DNA from: a virus
IMG/VR virus record: IMGVR_UViG_3300039074_000056
Span: 16,926 to 80,925 of that record
Strand: one strand, 5' to 3'
DNA length: 64,000 nucleotides
Shown piece by piece: positions 20,051 to 28,508 of the stretch (its first letter is position 1; the number at the start of each line of letters is the position of its first letter). A program made the position numbers and the translations under genes. Below the pieces are notes generated by a model. It was not told where the DNA came from and did no database searches. It saw only the letters and a list, made by a program, of their open reading frames with translations.

Positions 20051-20524
20051 ATGTCTACAATTAGTACAAATGCAATTCAATCCGTAGGCACTACCTTACA
20101 GTTAGGTACGCAGAATAACACAAAAGCTCAAGTAGATTCAAGCGGTAATTTCTCTTCGGTAATTCCGGGCGGAAGTACATTGCTGCCGGAGTTTAGGTGC
20201 AGGGCTTGGGTTAATTTTGATGGTACAACAGGTGCTATCAGAGCTTCTGGAAATGTAAGTAGCGTTACAAGAAATGCTACTGGTGTTTATACATTAAACT
20301 TCACTACAGCTATGCCGGATGCCAATTATGCGGTTTCCGGTGGTGGTAGATCAACTTTGGCAACTGATCGAGGTGCATTTTTTAGTGGAATACAAGGAAC
20401 TGCACAAACTCCAAGCGCATATTCTACAACGCAAGCGACTTTAACTTTCACTGGTAATAATCAAGCAGGGAATGGTATTGGTGCGGCAGACCCTACGATT
20501 GCAACTATAGCCCTTCACAGATAA
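20051..20524 (+). CDS. Small tail-fibre tip protein (paralog of 18821-19231)
   Basis: CRAWVNFDG...NVSSVTR...G.Y..NF...MPDANY motif; GGAG RBS before ATG 20051. Confidence 0.7.
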   Translation: MSTISTNAIQSVGTTLQLGTQNNTKAQVDSSGNFSSVIPGGSTLLPEFRCRAWVNFDGTTGAIRASGNVSSVTRNATGVYTLNFTTAMPDANYAVSGGGRSTLATDRGAFFSGIQGTAQTPSAYSTTQATLTFTGNNQAGNGIGAADPTIATIALHR

Positions 20525-20605
20525 GAGTTAAAAATGCCAAAAATTAATAAATCAGCAGTCAGTAATACATACCTTGTAAGTTACATATTTATGGAATAAC
20601 AATAT

Positions 20606-21460
20606 ATGCTACTAGCAACACTTTCAGCAATAGCTCTACCACTACTAGATAGGATGCGCGGAGCAACAAAACCACCATTCCCGCGTCCTATTGTCAAAGC
20701 ACTAATGGCTCTAGCTTGTCTAGCTGCTCTGTTGCAAACATTAGCTTTCCCTTGGCAAGTTTTAGTATTATTTGTCATTGGGCACATGATAGGTGAATCT
20801 TTCGGCTGGGGTGCAGCAATAGGCTCTGGTTTAAGGGATGTAAGCATGGAGCAATGGCGAATTAACAGAGTAGGTTCGCCAGAAAGAAAGCCAGAATGGT
20901 ATGTTAGGATTCCAATCATTAACTACTCTTGGCAAACAGCTTTATTGTTTCGCGGGGTGCTGTGGTCTTTACTCCCAGCTCTTGTTCTCTTGCATTTTAT
21001 AGGGGTGTTGCCTGCATTAATCCTTCTAGTCAGTCACTCGATTGGCATGGTAGGCGGCATCTACGCGCAACGCATCATGGTGGGTAAGGATGGGGCGCTG
21101 ATGAAGGTTATTAGCAAGCTCTCCATGACCGGCTTCACGGCTGACGACCGATGGGCTTGCCAAGAAGCCTATCGTGGCATGATCGTGGCGGCTGTGCTGT
21201 TAGCTGGTTCATGTTTTATCTCGTTGCCAGAAAAGGCTCCTGCAAAGATTGTTGCCCCAGCTCTAGTTATTAAGCAGACACCACCAGCTCCTGTAACCCC
21301 TGTACAAACTATCGTTAAAGAAATTGTCATCAAAGAAAAGATTGTATTTGTTGACAAAATCATTAAAGCACCTGTACAAGAACGCCCTGTCTCAGAAGTA
21401 AAGTCTACTTGTAGTATTACCTCCATGACACCGGAAGAAGCTCTAGCATATAAAGAATAA
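20606..21460 (+). CDS. Multi-pass membrane protein, hypothetical
   Basis: Several hydrophobic segments and a Pro/Lys-rich C-terminal tail. Confidence 0.6.
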   Translation: MLLATLSAIALPLLDRMRGATKPPFPRPIVKALMALACLAALLQTLAFPWQVLVLFVIGHMIGESFGWGAAIGSGLRDVSMEQWRINRVGSPERKPEWYVRIPIINYSWQTALLFRGVLWSLLPALVLLHFIGVLPALILLVSHSIGMVGGIYAQRIMVGKDGALMKVISKLSMTGFTADDRWACQEAYRGMIVAAVLLAGSCFISLPEKAPAKIVAPALVIKQTPPAPVTPVQTIVKEIVIKEKIVFVDKIIKAPVQERPVSEVKSTCSITSMTPEEALAYKE

Positions 21461-21485
21461 TACTTACTCAGAAGAGGGGTGTTGT

Positions 21486-21893
21486 ATGAATAGTAAGATA
21501 TTTGTTATTTGTGTTGCACTTCTCTTATCTCCTGCTTCACACGCAGGAGAAGAGGATAAGCTATTAAGCTTTAGTTTCTCTTTTGGTTTTGGTGCTTCTT
21601 TTGGGATGATTTATTCTCCTCAGAAGGCATGTGCCATAGCCCTTCTTCCGGGTATTGCGAAAGAGATATACAACAAACTAGACAAAGGCTTGTTCAGCTT
21701 TCAAGATGTTGTTGTAGATGGTATAGGAGGCTGTGTTGGAGCTTATGCTGCTAATAGATTCTCTAAGCAATACAAGAAGTATAAGCAACTTGAAGAAGAA
21801 CAAAAACCTGCTAGTGCGCCCACTGTCGTAAAAGAAGAGCTATCCCATAGAGATTGCCCAGATTCTTCAATCATTAGAGTTTGTAATAATTAG
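21486..21893 (+). CDS. Hypothetical exported or membrane protein
   Basis: Signal-peptide-like N-terminus; DK...G..KE..D...FS..D...D..G pattern resembles YfiM-like proteins. Confidence 0.5.
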   Translation: MNSKIFVICVALLLSPASHAGEEDKLLSFSFSFGFGASFGMIYSPQKACAIALLPGIAKEIYNKLDKGLFSFQDVVVDGIGGCVGAYAANRFSKQYKKYKQLEEEQKPASAPTVVKEELSHRDCPDSSIIRVCNN

Positions 21894-21910
21894 TAACAAA
21901 GAGGTGAGGA

Positions 21911-22141
21911 ATGTTTGAATACTTAAAACAAGTAATTGCTGACGCAACAGGAAACCCGCGCTCTAATGTATTCATTAGCGTATTAGCTGGCATTACATTA
22001 TGCACAGGGTTTCTGTTCTCTGTTGGCTTTCTCGTAACAGGCAATGCTATTAGCGATGCTGTTGTCCTAGGTTTGGCAGGTATTATTGCTGGCTTAGCCG
22101 GACATAACTATCGTGTAGCGAAGAAACAAGAAACCAAGTAA
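21911..22141 (+). CDS. Holin-like two-TM protein
   Basis: 76 aa; two hydrophobic helices; basic C-terminus. Confidence 0.5.
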   Translation: MFEYLKQVIADATGNPRSNVFISVLAGITLCTGFLFSVGFLVTGNAISDAVVLGLAGIIAGLAGHNYRVAKKQETK

Positions 22142-22165
22142 TTTAAATTAATTAGGAAAAATAAA

Positions 22166-22444
22166 ATGGCAACGATTGATACAGGCCCAAGTACACAAGG
22201 TGATGGTTATATAGTTCCGGCTATGCCCTCTCATGCATTTAGCGTAACGAAGTCTGATGTAGATGTTTTTATTCATGGTATTCACATTTACGTAGGAACC
22301 AGCGGAGATGTTGCTGTTGTTCCAGAAAATGACAATACCTCCGTAGTATTTAAAAACTTTCCATCTGGCCTTGTCCTGCCAGTAAAAGTAAAGAAAGTTT
22401 TGTCTACTGGGACAACAGCTAGTGATTTGGTGGGGGTAAGCTGA
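22166..22444 (+). CDS. Head spike base protein (RcGTA Rcc01079-like)
   Basis: AFSVT.SD...IYVGTSGDVAV...V.F...G.VLPV.V.KV..TGTTA.DLV motif. Confidence 0.75.
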   Translation: MATIDTGPSTQGDGYIVPAMPSHAFSVTKSDVDVFIHGIHIYVGTSGDVAVVPENDNTSVVFKNFPSGLVLPVKVKKVLSTGTTASDLVGVS

Positions 22445-22584
22445 TGCTGGGACTTTACCTCGGATTAACTATGTATTCTTCTGTATATGGTGGTTTTGCC
22501 GCCGCTTATGGTGAATATCTTTTTGTAAATAATAATAATGACTACCTAGAGATTAACTCTGGTGGTGATTTCTTAACAACGTAA
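22444..22584 (+). CDS. 46-aa putative head-spike adaptor (absent from the ORF track)
   Basis: TGATG coupling to the upstream gene; MLGLYLGLTMYSSVYGGFAAAYGEYLFVNNNNDYLEINSGGDFLTT; N-terminus resembles the head-fibre LGLGL anchor. Confidence 0.65.
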   Translation: MLGLYLGLTMYSSVYGGFAAAYGEYLFVNNNNDYLEINSGGDFLTT

Positions 22585-22594
22585 GGAGATTCTT

Positions 22595-24826
22595 ATGGCT
22601 GGGGTAAAGGTTAATCAACTCCCTGTAGCAGCAACCCCTGTTTTGCTGACAGATACGGTACTCCTCTCTAGGGATGGAGTACAGCTTAATAAAGGTACAG
22701 TGGCAAGCCTTGGGGATGCTATCCCTATTGTGAAATATGCCGCCACAAAGTCCGCAGGCGACACACTATCCGCTTCGTTGCCTGATGGGGTGACGGTTAT
22801 TACAGACGAAGATGAAGCCGCCACTCCTATTGGTGTGCAGACTCGGCGCACTGTGTTGAGTGGCGCGCTAACAGCCATCGCGTCATTTCTTAAAACATCA
22901 ATGATTGCGTGGAAGCATGGCGGCACTGGCGCTGTTTGGCGCACGCTTTATGCTAGGTTGAATGACCTGCCTGTTAGCGTGAAGGATTTTGGTGTGTCTG
23001 GAAATGGGTCTGATGAAACAGCTAATTTTTCTCTTGCTTTACAGTCGTCTAGTGGTCTTATATTGGATGGCTGCGGCCTAACTGTTCGTGTGGACGCGGC
23101 AATTGTTTCTACAGCAGAAAATATCACAATTAAAAATCTAACTTTAGATTTTTCCAGCGCCCCTAATATATCTGCTGACGCAGACTTCATGCTTACATTC
23201 AGAGGCAGCCAAGGATCACAAGTCTTGGTAACAACAGATGTTCAATCGGGCTTTGCTATTATTCAGGTCGCAAATTCAGCTTCGTTTTTATCTGATGGGT
23301 ATGCGTGGTTGGAGAGTGACGCTGAGTTTGCAACCGGCTCCACAACCGGGCAAGTAGTAAAAATAAAGTCAGTAGATTCTTCGACACAAATAACATTATA
23401 CAGTGATGTTCTATACGACTTTAATGTAGCAGATTCTGCAAGAATTTCCCCTTTATCTCTTAGGGAAAATATTGTTTTACAAAATGTAAAAGTTATTGGC
23501 GCAAACACAAACAAACAATCTGCGGTAAATTTTGAGTTTTGCTATGCGCCAAAAGTTCATGATAGCTTTTTTTCTTATGTCGATCTTATTTCAATCCGCG
23601 CTAAAAGATGTGTGTATCCTTCGTTCACACAAAACAATATGGTACACACTAGGGATTCTGCGTTGGGTTATGGTGTAGCTATTGTAGATGGATGTTACGC
23701 AGCTAATGCATCTAAAAACACTGGCGAGGACATGAGGCATCTCGTGACTTTCGGTGGAGACAGTGGCGTAAACATTTTTTGCACAGCCGAAGGAAATTTC
23801 GGATCAGGCATGAAAGACGCAGGTATTGATGCACACCCGTCAACAGATTTCACAAAGTTTGTCGGAAATACCATAGAAGGGGTTTACTCGTCAGCATCGC
23901 CTACTCCAAGGGATGGCATCATATATCAAGGCGCAAACCCAACAATCATTGGAAACTATATTATTGGCGCGTATGTGAGAGCTATTGCAGTGGAGCATTA
24001 CGCAAAGATCGGAAAATCGACTATATTGGTTGCGGATAACCACATAAAAAACACAGGGGACGCCGGTACAACATCGGTTGGTATCAGCGTAGAGTCTGAG
24101 CAGTCAGGAACTACTGATATTATTGGTTTGGCCATAGGTGGTAATGTAATTGGCGGAGATAATGACCATGCTATCTTCTTAAAAGCAGAAACAAGTAGCA
24201 TTAAAAATCTATCAATATGCAATAATGTAGGCGAAAGCCCCACCGATAGTTTTAGTATTTACTTTCAAGCATCTGCTTCGGAGAGTATTACAAACTTTGC
24301 TATTAATGGAAATATTCTTGAATCTACTGGGGCATCCTGCGTTCACCTTGCGGCTGATTCACTATCAGGAATCAGCCTTGGAACTATTTCTGGAAATAAT
24401 CTAAAGGCAATTAATTATGCAATTCGTTATATAAATTGTAGCGAAATAGTTGAGCGCAGCAATATCCTTAAAGCATCAACAAATATAAACTTTGTTGATT
24501 CTGGTTCTTTTGACATAAACATAGATAGAAGCTACCGAGGAATAAGAACAACAACAAATAGCGCATCAACGGTCGCTGAGATTGATAGCTATATTATCGT
24601 CAATAGAGCAGGTACGCACACCATGACGCTACCAAGCCCCAGTGTGTACCCAAATAGAGAGCTGACAGTAAAAACCATTCAGGCGCAGCAAGTAATATCA
24701 TCTAGCTCAAATGTGGCGCCAATTGATTCGGCTTCCGTAGGGCAATCCATCCTGCCAGCAGTGGCTGGTTCTTGGGCATTGTTGAAAAGCAACGGATCAA
24801 ATTGGGTAATTATGCAAAAAGGATAA
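22595..24826 (+). CDS. Tailspike-like right-handed beta-helix protein (putative depolymerase / receptor-binding protein)
   Basis: VSVKDFGVSGNG.DET.. pectate-lyase-like start; many I.GN/I.NN beta-helix rungs. Confidence 0.85.
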   Translation: MAGVKVNQLPVAATPVLLTDTVLLSRDGVQLNKGTVASLGDAIPIVKYAATKSAGDTLSASLPDGVTVITDEDEAATPIGVQTRRTVLSGALTAIASFLKTSMIAWKHGGTGAVWRTLYARLNDLPVSVKDFGVSGNGSDETANFSLALQSSSGLILDGCGLTVRVDAAIVSTAENITIKNLTLDFSSAPNISADADFMLTFRGSQGSQVLVTTDVQSGFAIIQVANSASFLSDGYAWLESDAEFATGSTTGQVVKIKSVDSSTQITLYSDVLYDFNVADSARISPLSLRENIVLQNVKVIGANTNKQSAVNFEFCYAPKVHDSFFSYVDLISIRAKRCVYPSFTQNNMVHTRDSALGYGVAIVDGCYAANASKNTGEDMRHLVTFGGDSGVNIFCTAEGNFGSGMKDAGIDAHPSTDFTKFVGNTIEGVYSSASPTPRDGIIYQGANPTIIGNYIIGAYVRAIAVEHYAKIGKSTILVADNHIKNTGDAGTTSVGISVESEQSGTTDIIGLAIGGNVIGGDNDHAIFLKAETSSIKNLSICNNVGESPTDSFSIYFQASASESITNFAINGNILESTGASCVHLAADSLSGISLGTISGNNLKAINYAIRYINCSEIVERSNILKASTNINFVDSGSFDINIDRSYRGIRTTTNSASTVAEIDSYIIVNRAGTHTMTLPSPSVYPNRELTVKTIQAQQVISSSSNVAPIDSASVGQSILPAVAGSWALLKSNGSNWVIMQKG

Positions 24827-24832
24827 CCACAT

Positions 24833-24895
24833 ATGAAATGGATGGATGAAGCACGCCGCCACGTCGGTCTAAAAGAAACCAACGAGGGTTTTTAA
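24833..24895 (+). pseudogene. 20-codon stub resembling the N-terminus of a TIGR02594-family lysin
   Basis: MKWMDEARRHVGLKE(TNEGF*); AAGGA RBS upstream. Confidence 0.55.
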
Positions 24896-24943
24896 ATGAT
24901 CAACTCACGTGACCTAAAAGAACTACTACCATTGAGGGTATGA
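24896..24943 (+). pseudogene. 15-codon stub resembling the N-terminus of an M15 L-Ala-D-Glu peptidase lysin
   Basis: MINSRDLKELLP(LRV*); GAGGG RBS upstream. Confidence 0.55.
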
Positions 24944-24944
24944 T

Positions 24945-25076
24945 ATGAACCTATCCGCGAATTTCACACTTGACAACCAACACAGCTGGAGCCAACACCC
25001 AATGGGTGTTGGTACACCAAATAAACAGGAGGTAAGTCGTGCTGACCAAAGAAACACTTCAGCAGATCGCCCCTAA
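24945..25076 (+). pseudogene. Stub resembling the N-terminus of a peptidase M15A lysin, running on into unrelated sequence
   Basis: MNLSANFTLD then unrelated residues; GAGGG RBS upstream. Confidence 0.55.
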
Positions 25077-25644
25077 AGCAAAAGATATTGATAAGCTGCT
25101 AGAAGCTCTTCTTACCTACATGCCTAAGTTTGGTATTGACAGTAAGAACGAGATTGCTATGTTCTTAGCTCAAGCTTGCCATGAATCAGCTCATTTCACA
25201 GCATTCTCTGAGAACTTAAACTACTCTGCTAAAGGCTTACGCAATACATGGCCTTCTCGTTTCCCATCAGACACTATTGCTAATAAATATGCTAGACAGC
25301 CACGCGCTATTGCCAACTATGTATATGCTGGTAGGTATGGTAATGGTGGTGAATCTAGTGGCGATGGGTGGAACTATCGCGGGAAGGGGCTGTTCCAGAC
25401 AACTTTTAAGGCTAACTACATTGCTTTAGAAAAAGCAACAGGAATTAAGTGCGTAGCTAATCCAGACCTACTCACTCAGATTCCTGAAGCTGTCATTGCT
25501 GCCTGTTACTTCTGGCAATCAAACAAGCTGTCTGCTTCAGCAGAAAAACAAGATGTAAAAGCTAACACAAAGATTCTAAATGGCGGGGCTATTGGCCTAG
25601 CTGATAGACAAGCTTTGTTTAACAAGATAATTAAACTACTGTAA
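25039..25644 (+). CDS. Endolysin, glycoside hydrolase family 19
   Basis: AMFLAQ..HES...ENLNYS...DGW.YRG.G..Q.T...NY...NGG.IGL.DR motifs. Confidence 0.92.
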   Translation: MLTKETLQQIAPKAKDIDKLLEALLTYMPKFGIDSKNEIAMFLAQACHESAHFTAFSENLNYSAKGLRNTWPSRFPSDTIANKYARQPRAIANYVYAGRYGNGGESSGDGWNYRGKGLFQTTFKANYIALEKATGIKCVANPDLLTQIPEAVIAACYFWQSNKLSASAEKQDVKANTKILNGGAIGLADRQALFNKIIKLL

Positions 25645-25665
25645 TTTGATGTAAGGAGAGCGAGG

Positions 25666-26118
25666 GTGTCTGAAACGCAAGAGAAGTACGGGCAAGAAAA
25701 AATTGCATCTATTGAACAAAAATTAGGATTCTTTGATTTTCGTCTTACGAAGAGCGAAGCAATCTTAGAAAAAATTGAAGAAAACCTCTCAAAGATTACA
25801 ATTCTAATTGAGAAACATCAAGTATTACGAGAAGACCTCACTATTCTTGAAAAGAAAGTAGATACTCGTACAGCTAAAACAGACCCAATTATTAATATGG
25901 CTGAAAGAACTGTTGGCAAGATTCAAGGAGCTGGTTTAGTTATCACTATGTTTCTAGGGTTGCTGACATGGATTGGCGCAGGAGTTGTTGATAGGGTTGT
26001 TGTTCTTGAGAAAGACCACAAGGATATTGAGCTTCGAGTGCAAAAGAATGAAGGTGAGCTACACGCTCACATGGTACAAGACCAAGTACAACATGAAGCA
26101 GAACAAGCTGAGGAATAA
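25666..26118 (+). CDS. Lysis-cassette membrane protein (putative holin or antiholin)
   Basis: Coiled coil plus one TM helix; between endolysin and spanins. Confidence 0.5.
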   Translation: MSETQEKYGQEKIASIEQKLGFFDFRLTKSEAILEKIEENLSKITILIEKHQVLREDLTILEKKVDTRTAKTDPIINMAERTVGKIQGAGLVITMFLGLLTWIGAGVVDRVVVLEKDHKDIELRVQKNEGELHAHMVQDQVQHEAEQAEE

Positions 26119-26122
26119 AACT

Positions 26123-26509
26123 ATGCCACCATTTCTATTGAAACTTATTATGAATAAATATGTCATCATTGGTGTGGTGGCACTATCTTTATTCTTGTAT
26201 GTTAAGCATCTTAATACAAGCTTGTCTAAGGCACGAAAAGAGCTGACTCTTCACACCCAGACGATTAAGGAGCAAACGCTTCTCCTTGATGCTCGTGAGA
26301 AGGCTTACAGCCATCAAACTAAAGCATTAGAAGTGCTATCTAAGCAAAAGAAAGATGTTGTTGTAAAAGTGGAAGAAAGAGTCAAACAAATTGTTAAGTT
26401 GGAGAAAATCTATGTTAGTAAAGATAATCAGTGTAGCTTGTCTGATGACGCTTATCGGATGCTCTCCGACAGTTATAATGAAGCCAATGGTAGTCCTGCC
26501 GCCAAGTGA
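26123..26509 (+). CDS. Inner-membrane spanin (Rz-like)
   Basis: N-terminal TM helix, coiled coil and a C-terminal Cys; overlaps the o-spanin gene. Confidence 0.75.
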   Translation: MPPFLLKLIMNKYVIIGVVALSLFLYVKHLNTSLSKARKELTLHTQTIKEQTLLLDAREKAYSHQTKALEVLSKQKKDVVVKVEERVKQIVKLEKIYVSKDNQCSLSDDAYRMLSDSYNEANGSPAAK

Positions 26510-26672
26510 AATGCTTGTGAGATGTGAAGCTTATCCTGTGAAGGATAAAGAGATAGCTTCTTTAGTAGAAGCGCAGGTGAGGAACTACGGAGCTATTCAA
26601 TCCTGTAACACACAGATTGAAGCTATTGAATCTTTCCTGCTGAAACAGAAAGAGATTTACGAAAAGAAATAA
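26412..26672 (+). CDS. Outer-membrane spanin lipoprotein (Rz1-like)
   Basis: Lipobox LIGC; Pro-rich segment; two further Cys; GGAG RBS. Confidence 0.8.
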   Translation: MLVKIISVACLMTLIGCSPTVIMKPMVVLPPSEMLVRCEAYPVKDKEIASLVEAQVRNYGAIQSCNTQIEAIESFLLKQKEIYEKK

Positions 26673-26744
26673 AGCTCATCCATGAGCTAAAGAAATAACA
26701 ATAACTATAAAGAATCATGCTGTGAAGCATGTTCTCCTCGGAAT

Positions 26745-26772
26745 GGGGCGTTAGCCGCCCCTATTTTATTTT
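26745..26772. terminator. Terminator between the convergent late and replication operons
   Basis: GGGGCG-ttagc-CGCCCC followed by TATTTTATTTT. Confidence 0.75.
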
Positions 26773-28508
26773 TACTGGCAACTTTCGCAGTCAGTAATTC
26801 GCGTCACATCCCCTGCTCCACGCATAGAGTAGATGTAGTACAAACTCAAGATGTTTTCATTTAAGAAAGCCATGCGATGAATTTGTGCAATATACTCCTC
26901 GCTGTCATTACTTGTGAAGTACAAGTTAATTGATTGCTGTTGGTCAATATACTTTTGACGACTTGCCGCAAGAATAATAACCCACTTCATATCAATTTCA
27001 AAAGCTGTTCTAAACACAGCCTTCTCATGCTCAGTCAACCAACCTTCTTTCTGAATACTCCCCTTTGCTCGCGCAATTCGTTCAACAGTATCGGGATTGT
27101 AGACACCTCGCTCTTTCATCAAAGCAAGCAGCACTTTGTTAATCTTAAAAATCTCACCACCTGCTGTCTGTTTAGTATAGACCATAGCAGTGTCAAGACC
27201 AATACCCTCTGAACACGAAGCGGCTAGTTCGCTGGTTGATTTAGTTGGCGGCATCATTAACCGTGTCGCATTTCTAATACCAAGCCCTAGACAACCTTCT
27301 GGCTCCCCCATAACCTCTGCAAGCCATTCAGTAGCTTCTTTGCTATCCCTATCAAGCTTAGAGAAAATCTCTTGGTTAAGGAAGATACTTTCCATATCAC
27401 CAACAACAATTCGTCGCTTCTGAAACAGAGTGTGTAAGCCAAGTACACCACTGCCCAGAGCACGGAACTCTTTAGTGAAGCGGTAAATCTTAGACATAGC
27501 CTTTTTATCATACTCACTCATAGCTTCCATGCACTCTAAGTATTCGCTAATGTTGCAATCGGACATTACTTGCCCAATGAATACTAAATGCTCAGGCCAA
27601 CGATCATAAAGCTCCAAATTGTAATTCAAAATCACGCAGGAGAATGTGTAATTTTCATCTGCTGGGAGACATGTCTCTTGGCAAAGATTGCTTGCCTTTA
27701 CTGTTAAACCTTTTCTCTTAAACGCTTCTGCTAAGTGCCGGTTCATCTTATCAATAAAAGTATAATACCCCTTACCTTTTGGCATCTTAACAGAGAGAGT
27801 ATCAGCTAAACGCTGCATTGCACCTTCATCTTCTTGCTGAAGCTTCTCAACAAAACCGTCTTTAATAAGCCATCCCAAATTGTTGCCTTCTGGGTCTTTG
27901 TACAATAAGTTCAGTGCCTTCAAAGCGTCACCATGTTCAATATCCAAGCTATATGCTAGGCTACCACGACGACTACCTTGTGTTACTTCCGACATGCAAT
28001 TAACAAAATCACGAATCAGAGGGATAACACCCTTGCTATGACCTCCACGAGCCAACTTAGCTCCCTCACAAGGCCAGTCATCTACGCTGTAACTTGTACC
28101 ATGTCCGTGCTTGGTAAGAACGGCTGCCTCTGTAATGGCATTGTAGCGGTCAAACAAATTGTTTCCAACATAGCCACCAGCACAACTCACTGTCGTACCG
28201 CGCTTTCGCAGACCAGCGTTTGCAAACATTGGTGTACTTGGAATTACCAACCCATCCCAAAGAACATTAAAGAAAACATCTTCCCAAGTCTTGCCTGCTG
28301 TGTATGTATCAACATTCCACCAGCTAGGGTATTCTTTTGGTGCATGTTTTGCCATAGTCTTCGCAACAGTTTTCCAACGGCGCTTTGGAGTCTCTTTACG
28401 ATAAGAATACTTTTCGTAGAATAATTGAAGTCCTCCTGTCGAGTACCATTCAGGAACTTCTTGTTCTGCCGTCAACTGCTTTCGTAGCGCAGAGTAATCA
28501 ACACTCAT
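26772..28508 (-). CDS. nrdA: Ribonucleotide reductase class I alpha subunit (short, no ATP cone)
   Basis: PSTP...VSC, SNLCQE, PPTKS, LYY and C-terminal CESCQ motifs. Confidence 0.92.
   Translation of the reverse strand: MSVDYSALRKQLTAEQEVPEWYSTGGLQLFYEKYSYRKETPKRRWKTVAKTMAKHAPKEYPSWWNVDTYTAGKTWEDVFFNVLWDGLVIPSTPMFANAGLRKRGTTVSCAGGYVGNNLFDRYNAITEAAVLTKHGHGTSYSVDDWPCEGAKLARGGHSKGVIPLIRDFVNCMSEVTQGSRRGSLAYSLDIEHGDALKALNLLYKDPEGNNLGWLIKDGFVEKLQQEDEGAMQRLADTLSVKMPKGKGYYTFIDKMNRHLAEAFKRKGLTVKASNLCQETCLPADENYTFSCVILNYNLELYDRWPEHLVFIGQVMSDCNISEYLECMEAMSEYDKKAMSKIYRFTKEFRALGSGVLGLHTLFQKRRIVVGDMESIFLNQEIFSKLDRDSKEATEWLAEVMGEPEGCLGLGIRNATRLMMPPTKSTSELAASCSEGIGLDTAMVYTKQTAGGEIFKINKVLLALMKERGVYNPDTVERIARAKGSIQKEGWLTEHEKAVFRTAFEIDMKWVIILAASRQKYIDQQQSINLYFTSNDSEEYIAQIHRMAFLNENILSLYYIYSMRGAGDVTRITDCESCQ

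Noticed and set aside
18821-20524. Diversity-generating retroelement or invertible fibre cassette
   Set aside because: The paralogs are diverged throughout rather than only at adenines; no reverse transcriptase, invertase or inverted genes in the window
20534-20599. 21-codon mini-ORF MPKINKSAV..., possibly another gene stub
   Set aside because: No recognisable family and a weak RBS; cannot be supported
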